A stretch of 64,000 nt of DNA from an uncultured Enterobacteriaceae bacterium (GTDB taxonomy: Bacteria; Pseudomonadota; Gammaproteobacteria; Eutrophobiales; Eutrophobiaceae): assembly GCA_964479045.1 (NCBI GenBank), contig CAYZJI010000006.1, positions 80,241 through 144,240 on the forward strand. Reading direction: 5' to 3'. The position numbers and the translations under genes were made by a program. The notes under the pieces were generated by a model. It was not told the DNA's origin, did no database searches, and saw nothing but the letters and a program-made list of their open reading frames with translations. Shown one piece after another: positions 41,584 to 52,067 of the stretch (position 1 is its first letter; each line of letters starts with the position of its first letter).

Positions 41584-42765
41584 CTAGATATAACAGACCA
41601 GCCCCTTGAGATACCGGCCCTCGGGAAAGTTCAGGGCGACAGGATGATCCGCGGGCTGTCCCAGATGCTGAACAATACGTGTTTCACATCCTGCATCCAC
41701 AGCCGCATCGGCAACGATTTTCTGGAACAAGTCCGGTTCCAGATGTCCGGAACATGAGAACGTGACCAACAGTCCGTTTTTTCTTAATAGTCTGAACGCC
41801 AACCAGTTGATGTCCTTGTAACCACGGCATCCGCGTTTCAGCTGATCTGCGGAACTGACAAACTTGGGTGGATCGAGAATAACCATGTCAAAGGTACGGC
41901 CACTGTCCCGGTATTTCCGCAATTCAGCAAAGACATCCGTTTGTATATTTTCAACCCTGTTTTTATCAACCGTATTTAATTGAAAATGTTTATTGATCAA
42001 TTGAATCGCTTCAGAGGAGGATTCAATATTTGTCACATGTCTTGCGCCGCCACGCAACGCGGCCAACGCAAAACTACCAGTGTAGGCAAAACAGTTGAGC
42101 ACGTCTCTGCCCTGTGCCAGCGATTGTACTACCCCGCGATTATCGCGTTGATCAAGGTACATTCCGGTTTTATGTCCATTGCGTACATCCACATGGAAGT
42201 CCAAACCACCTTGACGCACAGTGATATATTGCGGTGGTTCAGCGCCACTCAATAAACCGGAAACCGGTGACAGTCCTTCCTTTTCGCGCACTTCAACATC
42301 AGAACGTTCATAAATGCCGGCTGGTTTAACCAATTCTGATAATAAATCCACGATCGTCTGCTTGTGAAATTCAGCACCAGCAGAGAGAAACTGGCACACC
42401 AGAAAATCACTATAACGATCAACGATAACACCTGGCAATCCATCGGATTCTGCATTGATCAACCGACAGGCTGTGTCTGTTTCCGGAATTAACGTTCGGC
42501 GCAAGCTAATCGCTTGCTCAATCTGTTTATTGAAAAACCCGGCATCAACACTTTCCACCGGATCAAATGACCAGATGCGTACGCGTATCTGTGAATGCGG
42601 AGAATAGGCGCCACTGGCAAGAACATCGCCAGCGGAATTGACAATATTGACCGTCTCGCCGTTATGAATGGATTTCTTTGCATCATTTAGCGCACCGGAA
42701 AACAACCAGGGATGGCGGCGCAATAATGTCTTTTCGCGTCCGGGTTTTAAAATAATTTTATGCAT
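41584..42765 (-). CDS. rlmI: 23S rRNA (cytosine1962-C5)-methyltransferase
   Basis: It has a PUA-like N-terminus and a SAM-MTase domain (VLNCFAYTGSFALAA ... DMVILDPPKF), matching RlmI/YccW. The ATG at 42765 was verified. Confidence 0.8.
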   Translation of the reverse strand: MHKIILKPGREKTLLRRHPWLFSGALNDAKKSIHNGETVNIVNSAGDVLASGAYSPHSQIRVRIWSFDPVESVDAGFFNKQIEQAISLRRTLIPETDTACRLINAESDGLPGVIVDRYSDFLVCQFLSAGAEFHKQTIVDLLSELVKPAGIYERSDVEVREKEGLSPVSGLLSGAEPPQYITVRQGGLDFHVDVRNGHKTGMYLDQRDNRGVVQSLAQGRDVLNCFAYTGSFALAALRGGARHVTNIESSSEAIQLINKHFQLNTVDKNRVENIQTDVFAELRKYRDSGRTFDMVILDPPKFVSSADQLKRGCRGYKDINWLAFRLLRKNGLLVTFSCSGHLEPDLFQKIVADAAVDAGCETRIVQHLGQPADHPVALNFPEGRYLKGLVCYI

Positions 42766-42829
42766 GGTCTGTAAAATACGTCCGCAGGTTGTGAGGCAGA
42801 TATTTCGATTCAATATACGGTTATAATTA

Positions 42830-45535
42830 TTGTCCGTAGATATCTCTGGTTATGGCACCATGAGTATAATCAATCTTAACAGGTTATTTCGCCCGGATTC
42901 TGTTGTGCTTGTGGGTGCTTCAGCACAAACGGGAACGCTCGGCCATGTGGTGATGAAAAATCTGCTGGCCGGTGAATTCACCGGCCCCATACTCGCAGTC
43001 AATCCAAAATACAAAAGTATACTCGGTCAAATCTGTTACGCACATATCCATGAATTACCCATCGTGCCCGATCTCGCCCTGATTTGCACACCGGCAGCAA
43101 CGGTTCCCGGCATCATTACCGAACTCGCAGAACGTGGTACGCGTGCCGCCATCGTGCTTTCCGCCGGTTTTGATACCTTGGAAAACAACATTACGCTGCG
43201 CCAGAAAATGCTCGACGCATGCAAACCCTGGAAATTCCGCATACTTGGTCCAAATTGCGTGGGCATGCTGAATCCGGGCATAGGCCTGAATGCCAGTTTT
43301 GCCCATACCGGTTCCCTGCGCGGCAATATAGCCCTGGTTTCACAATCCGGCGCTATCTGTACTTCAATACTCGACTGGGCAAAATCGCGGGGCGTGGGTT
43401 TTTCCAGTTTTATTTCACTCGGAGACAGTTCTGATGTCGATGTGGGAGATGTACTGGATTATCTCAGCACAGATCAGCATACCCACAGTATTTTCCTTTA
43501 TCTTGAATCAATACAGGATGCCCGCAAGTTTCTGTCCGCAGCACGCGCTACCTCCAGAAACAAAAAAGTCATCGTGATCAAGGCCGGAAGGTATGCCGAA
43601 GGTGCCCAGGCTGCTGCATCTCACACCGGGGCACTGGCCGGCAATGACCAGGTTTTTGAAGCGGTGGTAGAACGTACTGGCATGTTACGCGTATATACCA
43701 TACAGAACCTGTTCGACGCCGTTGAAACGCTGGCGCATACCCGGCCCATTACTGGCAACCGCCTTGCTATCATTACCAATGGCGGTGGCATGGGTGTGTT
43801 GGCCACTGACAGTCTTATTGCAGAGGGTGGCAAGCTTGCACAACTCGCACCGGAAACGATTCAGGCTCTGAATCAGTGCCTGCCCGCAGCCTGGTCCAAA
43901 GCCAACCCTGTAGATATCATCGGTGACAGCGATGCGGCACGCTATGAACAGGCCCTGAATATCCTGCTGCAGGATCATAATTACGATGCGATACTGGTTA
44001 TTCTGGTCCCGATTGCTGTAATTGATAACACTCGTGTCGCCAGCGCAGTAACTGCCTGCGCACGCAACAGCGCCAAGCCGATCTTCACCTGCTGGCTCGG
44101 TGGTGATGCAGTGACAACTGCACGGGAGATTTTCGAACAGGCCGGCATCCCCACCTATGAAACTCCGGAATCGGCCATCCGGGCCTTCCTGCAGATCGTT
44201 GAATATGAACAAAACCAGACGGCATTGATCGAAACACCGCCTTCAGTCCCGGAGGAATTCGACCCGGATATTGCCACAGTAAAACAGATCATGGCAGAAG
44301 CATTATCCAGCAAGCATGAACTGCTGAATGAGCATGAAGCCAAATCAGTATTACACGCATACGGGATACCGGTGGTGAAAACACAGTTTGCCGCCACGAT
44401 CGATCAAGCCGTTGCCATTGCAGAAGATATCGGTTACCCGGTGGTACTGAAAATCGTGTCGCCACAGATTACACATAAATCCGATGTCGGCGGTGTACTG
44501 CTGAACATTGAATCTGCCACTATCCTAAGCACAGCCGCTGAAGGCCTGCTGGCACGGGTCAAACGCATCAGGCCGGATGCGCGGGTAGAAGGGTTTACTA
44601 TCCAGAAAATGATCGAACATGAAGATGCGCATGAATTGATTATCGGGGTGTCCACGGATCCGGTTTTCGGGCCCGTCATCCTGTTTGGCCAGGGTGGCGT
44701 ATCGGTGGAAATCATGCACGATCACCACCTCGCCCTCCCTCCGCTCAACCTCAAGCTTGCCCGGGACCTGATTAAACGCACCCGTGTTTATAATCTGCTC
44801 AAGGGTTATCGCAATGTTCCGTCGGCAGATTTGGCCAGTGTTGAACTGACTCTGATCAAAATTTCACAACTGATTATCGATCATCCGGAAATTCATGAAC
44901 TCGATATCAATCCCTTGTATGTCAATCCACATGGTATTGTGGCGCTGGATGCCCGCATCCGGGTTAAGTCCTGCGCAGGCAAACCCGGAAAACATCTCGC
45001 GATACGCCCCTATCCCAAACATCTTGAAGAAAACGTTGTACTCGATACCGGCGAAGCCATCCTGCTACGTCCCATCAAGCCTGAGGACGAACCCGCGCAT
45101 ACTGCCTCCATGGCAATGTCTGCACCGGAAGATATTTATATGCGGTTTTTCCGCAGCATCACGGCGCTCAGCCATGAACAAATGGCCCGTTTTACCCAGA
45201 TTGATTATGACCGTGAGATGGCTTTCATCGCCATACGCAACAGGGACACTGATGGATATGAAACGTTGGGGGTCGTCAGGGCCATCTGCGATGCTGATAC
45301 CATAAAGGCTGATCTCTCCATTATTATTCGATCAGATTACAAGGGCCGCGGCCTCGGCTCCCTGCTGATAGACAAGATGATCCGTTATTGCCGTGACAAA
45401 GGTTTACAACAGATCACCGGACAGGTGTTACCGGAAAACACGGCCATGCTGGCACTGGCCAAAAAATTCGGGTTTGAATCAAGCGCTGATCTGGAAAATC
45501 ATGTGGTGCTGATCAGCCTGGATTTGACGGGTTAA
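42830..45535 (+). CDS. pat: Protein lysine acetyltransferase Pat (ADP-forming acyl-CoA synthetase-like CoA-binding/ATP-grasp domains fused to C-terminal GNAT)
   Basis: 901 aa. The N-terminal CoA-binding and succinyl-CoA-synthetase-like domains are present. The C-terminal GNAT carries motif A (RSDYKGRGLGSLL). The architecture matches YfiQ/PatZ. Confidence 0.8.
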   Translation: MSVDISGYGTMSIINLNRLFRPDSVVLVGASAQTGTLGHVVMKNLLAGEFTGPILAVNPKYKSILGQICYAHIHELPIVPDLALICTPAATVPGIITELAERGTRAAIVLSAGFDTLENNITLRQKMLDACKPWKFRILGPNCVGMLNPGIGLNASFAHTGSLRGNIALVSQSGAICTSILDWAKSRGVGFSSFISLGDSSDVDVGDVLDYLSTDQHTHSIFLYLESIQDARKFLSAARATSRNKKVIVIKAGRYAEGAQAAASHTGALAGNDQVFEAVVERTGMLRVYTIQNLFDAVETLAHTRPITGNRLAIITNGGGMGVLATDSLIAEGGKLAQLAPETIQALNQCLPAAWSKANPVDIIGDSDAARYEQALNILLQDHNYDAILVILVPIAVIDNTRVASAVTACARNSAKPIFTCWLGGDAVTTAREIFEQAGIPTYETPESAIRAFLQIVEYEQNQTALIETPPSVPEEFDPDIATVKQIMAEALSSKHELLNEHEAKSVLHAYGIPVVKTQFAATIDQAVAIAEDIGYPVVLKIVSPQITHKSDVGGVLLNIESATILSTAAEGLLARVKRIRPDARVEGFTIQKMIEHEDAHELIIGVSTDPVFGPVILFGQGGVSVEIMHDHHLALPPLNLKLARDLIKRTRVYNLLKGYRNVPSADLASVELTLIKISQLIIDHPEIHELDINPLYVNPHGIVALDARIRVKSCAGKPGKHLAIRPYPKHLEENVVLDTGEAILLRPIKPEDEPAHTASMAMSAPEDIYMRFFRSITALSHEQMARFTQIDYDREMAFIAIRNRDTDGYETLGVVRAICDADTIKADLSIIIRSDYKGRGLGSLLIDKMIRYCRDKGLQQITGQVLPENTAMLALAKKFGFESSADLENHVVLISLDLTG

Positions 45536-45693
45536 TCATCATTATTGATTGTAAGACGCAGGCGGGAGGTGCGGTTGGTACCCGGTTTGAGGCCCGGATT
45601 CTGGCAAATGTAGCCGTATTTCATTGATATTAGTATTAAATTGCCGGGTTTCGGCTATAATGCCCGCCTTTTTCAGGCAGGTGCAACCCGTCC

Positions 45694-47514
45694 ATGGTCG
45701 AACATATCCGCAATATCGCCATCATCGCTCACGTTGATCACGGCAAAACCACGCTCGTGGATCAACTTCTGCGTCAGTCCGGCACCTTTGAAGCTCGCGC
45801 TGTCGTCCAGGAACGCGTTATGGACAGCAATGAACTCGAGCGTGAACGTGGCATTACCATCCTCGCCAAAAATACCGCCCTCCAATGGAACAATTACCGG
45901 ATTAATATCATCGACACACCCGGTCACGCCGACTTTGGCGGTGAAGTGGAACGTGTACTGTCCATGGCCGATTCCGTATTACTACTGGTGGATGCCGTGG
46001 ACGGCCCTATGCCGCAAACCCGCTTTGTGACGCAGAAGGCCCTCGCTCGTGGTTTCCGACCGATTGTGGTGATTAACAAAATTGATCGCCCCGGTTCCCG
46101 CCCGGACTGGGTACTGGATCGTACTTTTGATTTATTCGATCGACTCGGCGCCAGTGATTACCAGCTCGATTTTCCTGTGGTTTATGCTTCTGCGTTGCAG
46201 GGTTACAGTTCGCTGGATTCCTCTGCGCGTTCCGGTGATATGCAGCCGCTGTTTCAGACCATCGTTGATAAAGTCCCGGCACCGCAAGTTGATCCTGAAG
46301 GTCCGTTCCAGATGCAGATCAGTTCACTGGTCTATAACAGTTATGTGGGCATCATCGGTATCGGCCGGGTATCACGCGGTTCCATCAAAACCAATACCCA
46401 GGTCACGGTCATAGATACGCAAGGCAAACAGCGCACTGGCCGCGTTCTGCAGATTTTCCGCTTACTCGGTCTTGAACGCATTGAAATCCCGGAAGCCTCC
46501 GCTGGTGACATTATTGCCATGTGCGGTATAGAAGACCTCGGAATTTCAGAAACATTGTGCTCACCGAAACAACCCGAAGCACTACCGGCACTCTCGATAG
46601 ACGAACCTACAGTCAGCATGACCTTTCAGGTGAATGATTCACCGTTCTGCGGCAAGGAAGGAAAATATGTCACCTCGCGCCAGATTTATGATCGTCTGGA
46701 ACAGGAACTGAAACATAATGTCGCCCTGCGCGTGGAACAAACTGAAGACCCGGACAAGTTCAAGGTTTCCGGCCGTGGCGAACTGCATCTTTCCATCCTG
46801 ATCGAAACCATGCGCCGTGAAGGCTATGAACTCGGCGTGTCGCGTCCGGAAGTCATCATCAAGGAAATCGATGGTGTTCAGCATGAACCCTACGAACAAC
46901 TGACCGTGGACATGGAGAGCGCTTATCAGGGCGCGGTAATGGAGATGCTTGGCCAGCGTGGTGGTGATATCAAGGAAATGCTGCCGGACGGCAAAGGCCG
47001 TGTGCGGCTTGATTATGTAATTCCGGCACGCGGACTGATTGGTCTGCGCACGGATTTTCTGACAGCCACCTCCGGCACTGGACTCATGTATCATGTTTTT
47101 GATCACTACGGCCCGATCAAGAAAACCACGGTCAGCGAACGTAAAAATGGCGTACTGATCGCCAACGGCACCGGCAAGGCGCTGGGTTATGCGTTATTTA
47201 ACCTGCAGGAACGCGGCCAGATGCTGATCGATCCGGGTATTGAAGTCTATGAAGGCATGATCGTCGGCATCCATGCCCGCGATAATGATCTGGTCGTGAA
47301 CCCGCTCAAGGGTAAACAACTGACCAACGTCCGCGCGGCCGGCAAGGACGATAACATTCTGCTCACGCCCCCCATTCGTTTCAGCCTTGAACAGGCGCTC
47401 GAATTCATTGATGAAGACGAATTGGTGGAAATCACCCCAAAAAATATCCGCCTGCGTAAGAAATTGCTGCTCGAACACGAACGCAAGAGCGCATCACGTA
47501 GAAAAGCGGGTTAA
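45694..47514 (+). CDS. typA: Translational GTPase TypA/BipA
   Basis: It has G1-G4 motifs ([21 protein letters not shown]) and the BipA C-terminal domain. Confidence 0.9.
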   Translation: MVEHIRNIAIIAHVDHGKTTLVDQLLRQSGTFEARAVVQERVMDSNELERERGITILAKNTALQWNNYRINIIDTPGHADFGGEVERVLSMADSVLLLVDAVDGPMPQTRFVTQKALARGFRPIVVINKIDRPGSRPDWVLDRTFDLFDRLGASDYQLDFPVVYASALQGYSSLDSSARSGDMQPLFQTIVDKVPAPQVDPEGPFQMQISSLVYNSYVGIIGIGRVSRGSIKTNTQVTVIDTQGKQRTGRVLQIFRLLGLERIEIPEASAGDIIAMCGIEDLGISETLCSPKQPEALPALSIDEPTVSMTFQVNDSPFCGKEGKYVTSRQIYDRLEQELKHNVALRVEQTEDPDKFKVSGRGELHLSILIETMRREGYELGVSRPEVIIKEIDGVQHEPYEQLTVDMESAYQGAVMEMLGQRGGDIKEMLPDGKGRVRLDYVIPARGLIGLRTDFLTATSGTGLMYHVFDHYGPIKKTTVSERKNGVLIANGTGKALGYALFNLQERGQMLIDPGIEVYEGMIVGIHARDNDLVVNPLKGKQLTNVRAAGKDDNILLTPPIRFSLEQALEFIDEDELVEITPKNIRLRKKLLLEHERKSASRRKAG

Positions 47515-47522
47515 GCAAAAGC

Positions 47523-47984
47523 TTACTTACACTCCAGTTTGAACCCGCATTTGGTCACATCCTCTTCCTGACAAACCAGCTCATCTGATTCTGTGCTGGC
47601 CCACTCACCGGCATCCGGAGTCACTGTGCATTTCCTGGTTAACGGTTCGCCATCAAGTGACACTGGCCATTTGGCTGTGGTATAGCGGCAGGAGATGTAT
47701 TTGTCTGTATCAATGATGCGCACGGAATAGAGTTTTTCCACGGACAGGAGTTGTTCCAGTGACACATTCTCTGGCACGGCCCAGTCATAGCGCCGGGAGA
47801 TTTCACGCTCGCGAATTTCCTTGGGTGTGGGACATTCGTCTGCGTAGGCGGGAGATGCGAGAACCGGAAAGATAATTATTGTCAGCCATAATCCAGTCAA
47901 GGCAGTTTGAAGGAAAGCATTATTTGATTTGGATTCCGGACAACTGCCGGGCAGTTTCCGGAATGACGATAGATACATGATCAT
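47523..47984 (-). CDS. Hypothetical secreted cysteine-rich protein
   Basis: It has a signal peptide (LWLTIIIFPVLASPAYA) and eight Cys residues. No family was recognised (possibly DUF3757-like). Confidence 0.35.
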   Translation of the reverse strand: MIMYLSSFRKLPGSCPESKSNNAFLQTALTGLWLTIIIFPVLASPAYADECPTPKEIREREISRRYDWAVPENVSLEQLLSVEKLYSVRIIDTDKYISCRYTTAKWPVSLDGEPLTRKCTVTPDAGEWASTESDELVCQEEDVTKCGFKLECK

Positions 47985-48008
47985 GGGCAGCAGGCACTTG
48001 TTTATGCT

Positions 48009-48617
48009 TTATTTCTCTTGGGTCTGTTTTTGCCAGTACAGGATACGATTGTTTGCAGGCATTTCATAATCCTGTTTGAAGGATAATCCTGAGGCCTGCG
48101 CCAGCGCGTTCAGATCTTCAAAGTTGCGAATACCGCTTTTTGGATCGCGTGCCTTCAGCCATAAATCAAAATTGGCATTACTCTCACTGGTATACTGATT
48201 ATTAATATTAAACGGGCCATATAAAACGAACTTGCCCTGTTCCGGCAACAATTGCCCCACCCCTGCAAATAAACATTCCACCGCATCCCGGTGCATGATA
48301 TGAACCGTGTTTGCAGAGAACACTGCATCTATCTTAAGCACCGGCCACTCCGGTTGGCACACATCCAGTACGACCGGAGCACGAAGATTGGCTGTTTCAG
48401 CTTCACTTAGCCAGGCCTTGATATCAGCATGGTTTTCCCGGAGATCGCTGGTATGCCAGATCAGATGTGGAAGTTTTCCGGCAAAAAACACGGCATGCTG
48501 GCCGGTGCCGCTGCCGATTTCCAGCACCGAGCTGCAATCTGCAAACAGGGATTCAATGACCGACAGGATCGGTACCTTGTTTCTGTCACAGGCTTCAGCA
48601 TAGGGTTTATTGATCAT
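48009..48617 (-). CDS. DUF938-like class I SAM-dependent methyltransferase
   Basis: It has a VLEIGSGTGQH SAM-binding motif. Its size and order are typical of DUF938 proteins. Confidence 0.55.
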   Translation of the reverse strand: MINKPYAEACDRNKVPILSVIESLFADCSSVLEIGSGTGQHAVFFAGKLPHLIWHTSDLRENHADIKAWLSEAETANLRAPVVLDVCQPEWPVLKIDAVFSANTVHIMHRDAVECLFAGVGQLLPEQGKFVLYGPFNINNQYTSESNANFDLWLKARDPKSGIRNFEDLNALAQASGLSFKQDYEMPANNRILYWQKQTQEK

Positions 48618-48620
48618 TTT

Positions 48621-50261
48621 TCAGTAATTCGGATCATACATCTGTGCAGCAATATACTCTTTCAGATCCCCCGCAGGCCTGGGTTCACGTGCAAGACTGG
48701 TTGTCCAGGCATGCTCCGCGATCGCAACAGCAATGGCTAATGAAATTTCCCGTATGCGTGCAACAGGTGGATAGAGCGCACCCATATCCAGATCATTTTG
48801 TATGACGGTAGCAGCAAGCGTTTTCGCCGCAATCAGAAACATTTCATCCGTAATACGGCTCGCGCTGCACACCATGGCACCCAGACCGATCCCCGGAAAT
48901 ACATAGGCATTGTTGCCTTGTCCGGACCTGAAAGTTTTGCCTAGATATGTCACAGGGGCAAAGGGACTGCCGCTGGCAAAGATGGCTTTGCCATTGCTCC
49001 ATACATAGGCTTGTTCAGCAGTGCATTCGGCCCTTGAAGTAGGATTGGACAAGGCAAATATTACCGGACGGTCATTGACTGATGACATGGTTTCGATGAC
49101 TTCATTTGTGAAAGCACCTGCAGCCCCGGTGGCGCCGATCAATACCTGTGGTTTGATGGATCTGATAGCTTCAATAAAACCAAGATGCTCATGGTCGTGT
49201 GCATATGGCATGTTATGTGACATCAGGTTCTGGCGGCCGGCGACCACCAGACCATCCACATCAACAAACCACAGGCGTTGCCGGGCTTCGTTTACACTCA
49301 TGCCCTTCTCAACGAACGCAGAAACCATGAGATCACCAATCCCGGTTGCCGCAGAACCGGCACCAAGAAACATGATTTTCTGATCAGCGAAATTAATCCC
49401 GGTAATTCCTGAAGCTGCAAAAACCCCGGCGAGCGCCACAGCGGCGGTACCCTGAATATCATCATTGAAACAGAGGATGCGGTTGCGGTATTTTTCCAGC
49501 AACGCATAGGCATTGGGCGTCAGAAAATCTTCAAACTGGATCAGTGCTTTTGGATATTTATCCTGTACGGCAAGAATAAATTCTTCCACGAGATCAAAAT
49601 AATCTTTGCCGGTAATCCGTGGCTGCGGATAGCCGAGATACAACGGGTGCGTGCGTAGCGGGGTATTGTTACTCCCCACATCCAGCATGACCGGCAAACA
49701 TTGGGCAGGGTGTATTCCGGCGCAGGCCACATACAGTGACAACTTGCCGATGGGAATGCCCATGCCATTGGCACCGAGATCACCCAGACCCAGGATGCGT
49801 TCACCGTCGGTAACCACAATCACGCGCACATCCTCTTCCGGCCAGTTATCCAGAATACGGCGAATAGCACCACGATCATCCGGGGTAATGTAGAATCCCT
49901 TGGGCTTGCGAAAAATCTGCGCGAACTCACTGCACGCCTGCCCGACGGTAGGCGTATAAATCAGAGGCAGCATTTCCTCAATGTTATCAATGATCGTACG
50001 ATAAAACAGCGTCTCGTTACGTTCGAGCAATCCGATTAAAAAAATATATTTTTCAATATCCGAGTTTTTCCGGCGCAGATTGGCCAGCACTCGTTGTAAC
50101 TGGGTTTGTAATGACCCTATGGAATGTGGGAGCAACCCGCGCAAACCAAGTTGTTCGCGTTCCTGCTGACTGAATGCTGTTGATTTATTGAGCCGGGCAT
50201 CATGTAAAACAGCATAACCATTTTTATCAGCCGGCGATTTCATATACCGTTTACTCCACAC
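48621..50261 (-). CDS. maeA: NAD-dependent malic enzyme
   Basis: 546 aa with the malic enzyme signature (FNDDIQGTAAVALAG), NAD-binding GAGSAATGI and a conserved N-terminal region. Confidence 0.85.
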   Translation of the reverse strand: MWSKRYMKSPADKNGYAVLHDARLNKSTAFSQQEREQLGLRGLLPHSIGSLQTQLQRVLANLRRKNSDIEKYIFLIGLLERNETLFYRTIIDNIEEMLPLIYTPTVGQACSEFAQIFRKPKGFYITPDDRGAIRRILDNWPEEDVRVIVVTDGERILGLGDLGANGMGIPIGKLSLYVACAGIHPAQCLPVMLDVGSNNTPLRTHPLYLGYPQPRITGKDYFDLVEEFILAVQDKYPKALIQFEDFLTPNAYALLEKYRNRILCFNDDIQGTAAVALAGVFAASGITGINFADQKIMFLGAGSAATGIGDLMVSAFVEKGMSVNEARQRLWFVDVDGLVVAGRQNLMSHNMPYAHDHEHLGFIEAIRSIKPQVLIGATGAAGAFTNEVIETMSSVNDRPVIFALSNPTSRAECTAEQAYVWSNGKAIFASGSPFAPVTYLGKTFRSGQGNNAYVFPGIGLGAMVCSASRITDEMFLIAAKTLAATVIQNDLDMGALYPPVARIREISLAIAVAIAEHAWTTSLAREPRPAGDLKEYIAAQMYDPNY

Positions 50262-50670
50262 TAACCTGTTTGGATCGCAGGTTTTTCAGACGGCCATGCC
50301 GGGTTTTACTTTCCAGACGTTTCAGTTTCGCGGCCCGGGTCGGTTTTGTCGGTTTGCGTTTTTTGCGTACCACCATTACGCTCCTGATCAGTTCCTGTAA
50401 ACGCGCCAGCGCCATTTCACGGTTCTTTTCCTGACTGCGGTATTCCTGTGCCTTGATGACAATTACACCGTCTCTGGTGATGCGGTGATCATGACAATTC
50501 AGCAATTTCTGTTTGCAGATGTCCGGCAGTGAGGCCGCCTGTGAGTCAAAACGCAAATGAATGGCCGTGGCGACCTTGTTTACATTCTGCCCGCCTGCGC
50601 CCTGTGCGCGGATCGCGGTAATTTCGATTTCATGATCCGGAATACTGATCTGTGGCGAGATTCTCAGCAT
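50251..50670 (-). CDS. arfB: Alternative ribosome-rescue factor ArfB (peptidyl-tRNA hydrolase, GGQ)
   Basis: A GGQ motif (RAQGAGGQNVNKV) and a basic C-terminal tail, about 140 aa, match YaeJ/ArfB. It overlaps the maeA start by 11 nt. Confidence 0.8.
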   Translation of the reverse strand: MLRISPQISIPDHEIEITAIRAQGAGGQNVNKVATAIHLRFDSQAASLPDICKQKLLNCHDHRITRDGVIVIKAQEYRSQEKNREMALARLQELIRSVMVVRKKRKPTKPTRAAKLKRLESKTRHGRLKNLRSKQVSVE

Positions 50671-50671
50671 G

Positions 50672-51061
50672 TCAGTGACGATGATTATTCTTGTCTTTTA
50701 TCAAAGCACCCAGCCCGGCAAATGGCTTGTGCGTGGACACCGGTTTGTGCAGGCCATGTGGTTTTGCCTCTTCACTGCTCTCCTGCTGCAGATAACGGGC
50801 GTGTTCATTATCATGACAATAAATGCACAGTAATTCCCAGTTGCTGCCGTCTTCCGGGTTGTTATCGTGATCATGGTCCCGGTGATGCACGGTCAACTCA
50901 TTCAGAGTTTCATGTGTGAATTCGCGCTGGCAACGGCCGCAAATCCAGGGAAAGAGTTTCAGGGCCTGTTCCCGGTAGGCATGTCCACGCGCTTCTCTCT
51001 GCCGCCGTGCATTGGCCACGACAGCATCCAGTTTGCTACTGTCTTTGGCTTTCTTGCTCAC
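50672..51061 (-). CDS. yajD: YajD-like HNH nuclease family protein
   Basis: REQALKLFPWICGRCQREF...LTVHHRDHDHDNNPEDGSNWELLCIYCHDNEH aligns with E. coli YajD. The start was set at the GTG at 51061. The track's TTG start at 51106 would overlap the small lipoprotein ORF. Confidence 0.7.
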   Translation of the reverse strand: MSKKAKDSSKLDAVVANARRQREARGHAYREQALKLFPWICGRCQREFTHETLNELTVHHRDHDHDNNPEDGSNWELLCIYCHDNEHARYLQQESSEEAKPHGLHKPVSTHKPFAGLGALIKDKNNHRH

Positions 51062-51090
51062 GCCCGCATGATGTCTGTCACGATATATGA

Positions 51091-51255
51091 TTATTTGAAG
51101 ATGCAATGCTTGGCGTAATCCGAGGCCTCATTAGCTGTCCAGTCACCCTTGGGTTTTTCCCCCATCATCGTGCACCACTTTTCGCTGCCGACTTCAGGCG
51201 TGCATCCTGCCAGCATCAACAAGGTTATAATCAGTATCGGGAAATAAACTTTCAT
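51091..51255 (-). CDS. Small lipoprotein (54 aa, DUF3012-like), not in ORF track
   Basis: The ATG at 51255 is preceded by an AGGAGA RBS. The product MKVYFPILIITLLMLAGCTPEVGSEKWCTMMGEKPKGDWTANEASDYAKHCIFK carries a lipobox (LLMLAGC) and the W-C...KPKG-W...C pattern of DUF3012. Confidence 0.45.
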   Translation of the reverse strand: MKVYFPILIITLLMLAGCTPEVGSEKWCTMMGEKPKGDWTANEASDYAKHCIFK

Positions 51256-51296
51256 CACTTTTCTCCTGTATGTTGTCGATAGGGAATGCCTGTATC

Positions 51297-51331
51297 GCCC
51301 TCATCCTGCCCTCTTCCGGAGGGAGAGGGTT
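51297..51331. repeat. REP-like palindrome (ccctcttcc-gga-gggagaggg)
   Basis: Same core palindrome as at 7.8 and 15.8 kb. It sits just downstream of tag. Confidence 0.6.
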
Positions 51332-51335
51332 ATTA

Positions 51336-51923
51336 TCATAATTCATTGTAACGAAAACAGTCTGTTGTGTGATCATTGACCATCCCGGTTGCCTGCATGT
51401 GCGCATAACAGATGGTGGAACCGACAAAGGTGAAACCACGTTGTTTGAGATCTTTTGAAAGCTTGTCTGATAATTCAGTTCTGGCCGGAATCTCTTTCAA
51501 TGATTTTCTGCGATTGCGTATGGGTTTGCCACCGATAAACTCCCAGATATATTTATTAAAGGTGCCAAACTCATCCCGGATACGCAGAAAGGCGTTGGCA
51601 TTCTGTACGGCGCCACGGATTTTAAGCCGGTTGCGCACAATACCTTCATCTTTCAACAGGGACTGGATTTTGCGCTCACCGTATTCCGCCACTTTGTTGT
51701 AATCAAAATTATCAAACGCATTGCGGTAGGCCTCACGTTTTCTCAGTATGGTAATCCAGCTCAAACCCGCCTGCGCGCCTTCCAGAACCAGAAACTCAAA
51801 CCATTTGCGATCATTCTGCACCGGCACACCCCATTCCCTGTCATGATAGCGGATGTAGATTGGATCGCTGAGACACCAGGTGCAGCGTATCTTTCCATCC
51901 AGCTGTAAATATTGTTTTATCAT
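51336..51923 (-). CDS. tag: DNA-3-methyladenine glycosylase I
   Basis: RCTWCLSDPIYIRYHDREWGVP...LEGAQAGLSWITIL...ICYAHMQATGMVNDH aligns with E. coli Tag, including the zinc-binding Cys/His residues. Confidence 0.85.
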   Translation of the reverse strand: MIKQYLQLDGKIRCTWCLSDPIYIRYHDREWGVPVQNDRKWFEFLVLEGAQAGLSWITILRKREAYRNAFDNFDYNKVAEYGERKIQSLLKDEGIVRNRLKIRGAVQNANAFLRIRDEFGTFNKYIWEFIGGKPIRNRRKSLKEIPARTELSDKLSKDLKQRGFTFVGSTICYAHMQATGMVNDHTTDCFRYNEL

Positions 51924-52067
51924 GAGCCTGTCTCAAAATGTAGCGAGCGTAGGCGAAACAAGGCGAAAACGGACGAAAAAGCGGAGTGTACACGCCAGTA
52001 CATGAGCATTTCGAGTTCGTTTTCAACACAGTATCGCCAAGCGCAGTAATTTTGAGACAGGTTCATA
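51924..52067. repeat. Inverted-repeat-bounded element filling the tag/monooxygenase intergenic space (13-bp perfect inverted repeats cctgtctcaaaat / attttgagacagg)
   Basis: The inverted repeats at 51927-51939 and 52049-52061 extend imperfectly to about 17 bp. The roughly 110-bp interior carries gcgaaa-type short repeats and no ORF. Confidence 0.5.
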
